Source: Camelus dromedarius
Taxonomy: Eukaryota
Assembly (NCBI RefSeq): GCF_036321535.1
Contig: NC_087438.1
Span: 2,110,001-2,174,000 of the forward strand
Length of the DNA: 64,000 nt
Direction: 5' to 3'
The stretch's first letter is position 1. Every line of letters starts with the position of its first letter. The notes under the pieces are model-generated. The model was not told where the DNA came from. It was given only the letters and a program-made list of their open reading frames with translations, and did not search any database. The translations under genes and the position numbers were made by a program. Below, piece by piece: positions 58,527-64,000 of the stretch.

Positions 58527-61500
58527 AGCAAAAGAAAAAGGGGGAGGAGGGCGGCTTGCTTTGAATCAGCTGCGCGTTTCTGGCATGCTCTCTAGGGCAA
58601 TTTTCTTACCAGCATATCCAATTATTTTTTGTTTGTTTTCAAACATGGTGTATTTCTTTAATTAGTGAGGGCAAACAAGTTAGAAACAGAAAGGAAAAAA
58701 TAAGTTTAAGAATTCTAGTCAGGGAAATGACGTGATTAAACAACATTCAATTAGAGGAATTAGCAGGGCTGGTGGTTCCCCATCTGAGTTAATTCCGGGC
58801 AAGAGTAACTGACCCGGGGTGTTTCGGCCCAGGTGCCAGCACCACTGACGGCCATTTGAATAGAGAGAGGAGCCGCTTTTGTATTTCAAATACATTTGTT
58901 CTGTAGGTTGTTGAAGGTTCTCTGTTAACTGGCGCTTTGCCTGCCCTGGTTCTAGCCAGGAGGCTGCTTGGGAAAATTAATTACTATGTATTTTTTTCTT
59001 TGTGTTTACCTGATCTAAGTTGTGAGTGGTAGATAATAATTATAAAATCAAAAATAAATTCTATGCTGTCAGAAATGATGACGATTTTTAATCTTGCCAA
59101 ATACTTTGGAAATAACATAAAACTATAGACAATCGCTGTAAAGGCTTTTAAGGTAGAGAACCCCAGACAGCATTTGTGTGTTTTACTGTTCTTTTGGAAA
59201 CTTATAGTTCTAACAATCTGTTTTTAAATTATCCAGAAACTTATAATCAGACATCTGAACATATAAATATTCTTAATCACACACCCTTAAGAAAAACATC
59301 AAAATTAGAATATGGAAGTGAAAATATGATTATCTATTTAATGGAAAAAGTATTACAGTTTTTTTATATACTTGTTTATTTTCAGATTTGCTTTTATTAT
59401 GCTATATTTTTAAAAATAAGTACTGACTAAGATATTCATAGTAATTAAGATTTTCTGAATTTATTTTTGAAAGTATATTTAAAAAAAATCCACCCATCTA
59501 CAGAGCATCATGTATCTCCCTGAATAGGATAGTTTTGTCTTGTTTTTTATTTTTTACCTAATGTTATCACTAAGGTGCATTTATCACCTGTAAAGACCAA
59601 GAAAAATTGAGAGGCAAAGCCCAAACATACTGTGCTTTGCTTTAAAAGAAGATTAGTAGATGAAAAAACTCAATTCAATTAGCACTGAAAAGGGAAGTAA
59701 ATTTTGTGATCTTTGTTGAAACCAGCTTAGTTAACTATTTGCTACAACATTTACCTAAATTATGGAAACAAATGCAATGTCTAGAAGGATAAATTTGTCT
59801 CAGTTTTATACCTGTACATTTTACCACATACAGTGTTGTGTTCTTTGCAGGCTCAAAAAGTCCTGATTGATGTCCAAAACCAAAATAACAAAATATTCTA
59901 AACAAAGAGACTTTTACATGGTGGGGTATGAAGTGGGAGGAACAGTCTTGATCATCGTTTTGGTGATGACCATCTCAATGTCATTCAGATGTCATCTATC
60001 TAAATTTAGACCAGGTGATTTCTTGTAGAAAGATTATATCCTCATAGAAACAATACATATTTTTACATATTTATTTACCACCATTTTCAAGGCATCCCAT
60101 GAGACATCAGGGTGTTATATGGGTAAGAAACTTCTAGAAACTTCAGACCTCTGCAGACTTATGGGAGTGCGTGCATGTGTGTGTGTGCAGGAGGAAGGTG
60201 AGAAAAGAGCCTCGTAACAGTGACAAGCGGGCTTTGCCTTCTCACCTTCACAGTCTGTCCTAAACGCTTAGATGCTTTGTAACACTGTGAGGGGGACTGT
60301 TAGGACCTCCGTGGTACGTGGAGAAAGCTCAGGAGGGGCAGCGGGTCCGCCACGAGACCAGGTAAGAAGTGCGCAGCAGGATGCGAACCATACTGCCTGG
60401 CTCCGGAGTCCTTCCCTTCACCACAGGAGCTGCCTCTTGTCCTGAGAATGATGAGCGAAGGGAGGCGGTCATTCAGAAAGGGGACACGTTCCCTTGGGAG
60501 CCAGGGAGGTGTCAGCCTTTGCAAAGATGGCAGCTTTTGAGCTGTTCTTTGGAGTATTTTTAGGGATGCAAATTGGGATGGGTGGTCTCCAGGCAGGGAG
60601 AGAGTCTGCCATTTCAAAACGCCAACACTGGAGGCCTCATTCATTCTGGCTGAACCATAGGGTTGGTGAAGGGTGCAGCCAGAGACAGAGCTAAAAAGTA
60701 GAACTGAGGTCAGATGGCAGAAGAGTTCAAAGGCATTGGAGGCAACCCACCTCCATCAAGCAGACAAGCACAAGTATCTAAAAGGCTTCACACGGGTACA
60801 GCTTAAAGTCTAGACAAACGGGGTCCACAGGAACAAGCAGTGATGTACATCTAAGTGCCTCTACAGCAGTGAGGCCACCAGAAATGGTTGATACTTGGGG
60901 ATTGTTTTTAAATGATGACATCTCAGTGTAGCTACAGGATGAGCCTAGGCTACCAGGTAATTTACTTTCTGGTGAGTTATAGTGAATCTTCAGTATCCAA
61001 TTGAAACATAATCTGCCACTTGTCCCACCAACACCACCCAGCTCCACATGGCCCCTGGGTCTAGGCTTTGAGGCCAAGCTAGCTCAGGGATCCACTATCC
61101 ATCCACAGGAAATGTTAAAATATCTTAACGAGTGGGTCATTTGGGAGACTGCTTCCCTGACTCCTCAGACTCCTCTTGGGGAGTGGAGGGGACTGTAAGG
61201 CCCAAGCTCCTGATTCTCAGCAGAAAGGGGCACAGTGCAGGAGCAGTTTGGTTTGGTTGCCAAGGATACCACCAGGCATCTGTAACGCAGAGCACAGGAG
61301 GACAAGGCATAAGGGATGGTTTGTCTTGTTGGGTCTAAGTGTGCCTGTGGGACCCAAGCCCTTTAAATGCCATTCATACGACGTTCCTGTGACTTCCAGT
61401 ACTTTCTCTAGTGACAATAGAGGATTGGATGTCATTTCTTCCTACACAGGCAAACTGTGCACATGGGACCCAGGACCCACATTTTGTCCTGGTGCTTCAT

Positions 61501-61729
61501 TCTACTTCAGGGTCCATTAGCCAGGCATGAGAGACATGCTGTGGGTCACCAGGGAGCAGGGCCACGGCAGGTCATTATTACTGGAAAACCTCCAATTCAT
61601 GCTCTCCTGAAGCTGGGGCCCTCATGTGCTCTCCTCACAGCAAGAACAGGATTTGATGCACACAGGACACACTCATGAATTAGTTTTTTCACAGATCAAC
61701 ACAAGATGATTGATGATTCAATGAACATA

Positions 61730-61940
61730 AGGAGGTTAAATACCAGGCTGGATAGTCAGACTCCCAGCTTGGGGTCTCGATTTCACTGTTTCATTACTTT
61801 GAGACTTTGGGCAGGTTACCTAAGTTTTCTGTACCTCAGTTTCCTTGTCTGTAAAGTTGGAATAATAATAGCACCCAGCTCATAAATTTGGTGTGAGTCT
61901 TAGTTCCTGGAACAAAACGAATTGTTGTAAACATTAGTAT
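61730..61940 (+). mobile_element. MIR SINE
   Basis: AGTCAGACTCCCAGC...GAGACTTTGGGCAGGTTACCTAAGTTTTCTGTACCTCAGTTTCCTTGTCTGTAAAGTTGGAATAATAATAGCACC. Confidence 0.85.
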
Positions 61941-62250
61941 CTGTTAAGCAGCTCCCATGTGTCAGGTTCTGGTACAGATGACAAAGAAAATGTTAAAAAA
62001 AAAAAAGAGACAGACCCTGTTATCACAGATGGGGGACAGTTGTAAAAGGAAACAGGAAAGCAATGAAAAAGAGGATAGTTCACTTAAAAAAATTAAATAT
62101 CTGTCATATCTGTCATGCAGATTCATTACAGACTGATGGCCAATAAAAGGAGAAGGCAAGGATGGTTTGATCCTGGAACAGCTTCAGAGGAAAATCAAGC
62201 TGAGGAAGACCTTGAAGAACGAGGTGGTCTTGGAAAGAAAGGGGGCCTTT
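61941..62250 (-). mobile_element. L2 fragments
   Basis: GTTAAGCAGCTCCCATGTGTCAGG...AAGAGACAGACCCTG and GCTTCAGAGGAAAATCAAGCTGAGGAAGACCTTGAAGAACGAG resemble antisense L2. Confidence 0.45.
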
Positions 62251-62798
62251 ATTTTGGAAGTCAAGGTTATCTGATCCAGACTTGCAGCTGCAAGACTGCA
62301 CTGTCAGAGGACAAGAAGCTGAAGCTGAAGATCAGGTGTGTAAATATTCAAAGAGGTACGTAAGTCCATATTTTTTACTGCAATGATCAGTCTTCATCCT
62401 CTGCACAAAGATGAAGTGTTAGAACAAGTGAGGATTATGAAAAATGCCATAGGGAGAGTTTAGGTTAGCTTAGCATTTTGCACAAATCCCTCAGTTAAGC
62501 ATGTGTAGAATTCCAAAGCCTAGAGAGTAATAGGAGGCAGGTCAGGGCAAATGAGGTCATGGCAAGGGACCAAGAGAGATGGTAAGACTTTAAATTGGAC
62601 TGTTGCAGAGGGAATGGAAGGGAAGAATTATAATGTAACTGTGGCAATAATGACAATGGCATTGCCAAACTGACTGCCCTGTGCAAGTGATGTAAAGCAC
62701 ATGCACTCCTCTTGTAACTGCTCACATATGCATCTAATTTCAGTGTTTATATTTTTGCTGTTACATCATAACTTTCCTCTTAAAGTTAAGTTTTGAGC

Positions 62799-62900
62799 CA
62801 TTTACTGAGGATTTATTTGGCACCAGACAACATTCTAGGCACTTCACCTACACATACAACTTTAGTGATTCCTTCCAACATCCCAGAGATTTTGGATAAT
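62799..62900 (-). mobile_element. MIR fragment
   Basis: CATTTACTGAGGATTTATTTGGCACCAGACAACATTCTAGGCACTTCAC. Confidence 0.5.
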
Positions 62901-63044
62901 TACTTCAATATTATTTAATTATCCAGTTTTTGCAAATAATCTTTAAATAAATTCAATAAATGGCTACATACATTTTGCAAAGTTTTGAATTACTATCATT
63001 TCCCATAAGCAAATCCGTCCAAATGGGATATGATCTGTTCATAT

Positions 63045-63190
63045 CAGTGTTTCTCAGCCAGGAACCATGATAAAAATCCTGATTCTAACATCCCACACCC
63101 AGAGATCCTGAGTTAATCAGTCAGATCTGGGGTCTCAGAACCTGCATTTTAATAAGTTCCTAGTTATTTTTATGCAGTTTGAGAATGCAG
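63045..63190. mobile_element. MER5-like hAT-Charlie MITE
   Basis: CAGTGTTTCTCA...CACACCCAGAGATCCTGAGTTAAT...AACCTGCATTTTAATAAGTTCCTAG...GTTTGAGAA. Confidence 0.7.
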
Positions 63191-64000
63191 TTAAGCTGCT
63201 GAGATCTTGACCTTCTGGGGCTCCTCTCTTGACAGTAGCTCACTGTGAAACAGTATTATGAGCAAAGAGTAAAAGGACAAAAAAGATTGACATAAAAAGG
63301 CAAATCAGCATGTTTAATGCCTTGTTATTTGAGGCATAAACAGACACCTGCTCATCCCTCTCACTTATCTGAGGCCTCGAATCTCTTCATTTGAGGATGA
63401 TTCTCCATCCATCTGCCCTTCCTGTGCACCTCTACAGAGCATGCGTGTTTTCTATGCCTTTCTATTTCCATACATCTATGTGACCACCTCACGATGCCCC
63501 TGGAATTTTTTTCTGCTTTATTTGTGTATTGTTGTTTCAAATAGAGAGACATATCTGTCACAGTCACATTTCATTGTGCTGCAAAATATGGGACAATTTC
63601 CTTTGGTTAGCTGAGTGCAGCGCCCTGGCTCAGCCACTGCGCATCTCTTTATTTTGCTTTCTCAGGGGCTCCACAGGCTCTCAGGACCGTGGTAGCTGCA
63701 GCTCCTGCTCACCGGCAGGCAGGAGCCCTAGGGCCTAATCTAACTTCCTAATTAACAGCCTCGTCCCTCCTGCCTCAGGTGTGCAGGGCACTCCTCAGAC
63801 ACAGACTCCACCACAGCTTCCTAGGGGTGGGAAATTGCTCCGAGGAAAGGCAGGCAAAGGTCAGATCTTAGAAAGGAAGTGATAGTCCTTTGGAAATTGC
63901 AAGGGTCAGCTCGATAATCACCCAGCTGAAGTGAGCCACAGCCCAGGCCCCAAGTTGCAGAACATACTGCACCTCTTTAGTGATGACTCGGGGCCTTCTT

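Noticed and set aside
58462..58665. Poly-lysine ORF
   Set aside because: Translation artefact of the A20(GAA)6 tract.

Overview
Mammalian, almost certainly camelid (camel/alpaca/llama), non-coding DNA. The taxon call rests on two tRNA-derived Vic-1-type SINEs and cetartiodactyl-type L1 3' ends. I find no credible protein-coding exon, RNA gene, CRISPR array or intact transposon. The only ORF I recognise is a degraded L1 ORF2 C-terminus, and the rest of the ORF track behaves like chance ORFs in GC-rich DNA. The window looks like a gene desert or large intron. It is full of old repeats (MaLR/MLT1, MLT2, Tigger1, MER5, L1, L2, MIR) interleaved with AT-rich islands dense in homeodomain, PBX-HOX and MEIS motifs that resemble conserved developmental enhancers, and it has a CpG-island/enhancer block at about 56.1-59.0 kb. 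The most notable observations are: (1) a GC/CpG-enriched domain over about 1-58.9 kb, where ancient repeats show AT->GC drift, switching to CpG-depleted DNA after about 59-60.5 kb; (2) two 5'-inverted (twin-primed) L1 insertions, one with a readable target-site duplication; (3) a PBX-HOX + PBX-MEIS motif cluster at 28.0-28.4 kb and a TAATC cluster at 57.7-58.0 kb; (4) two minisatellites with unusual units. I could not find a new biological system that the sequence supports. Repeat subfamily names come from recalled consensus motifs, not from a database search, and I cannot identify the locus.
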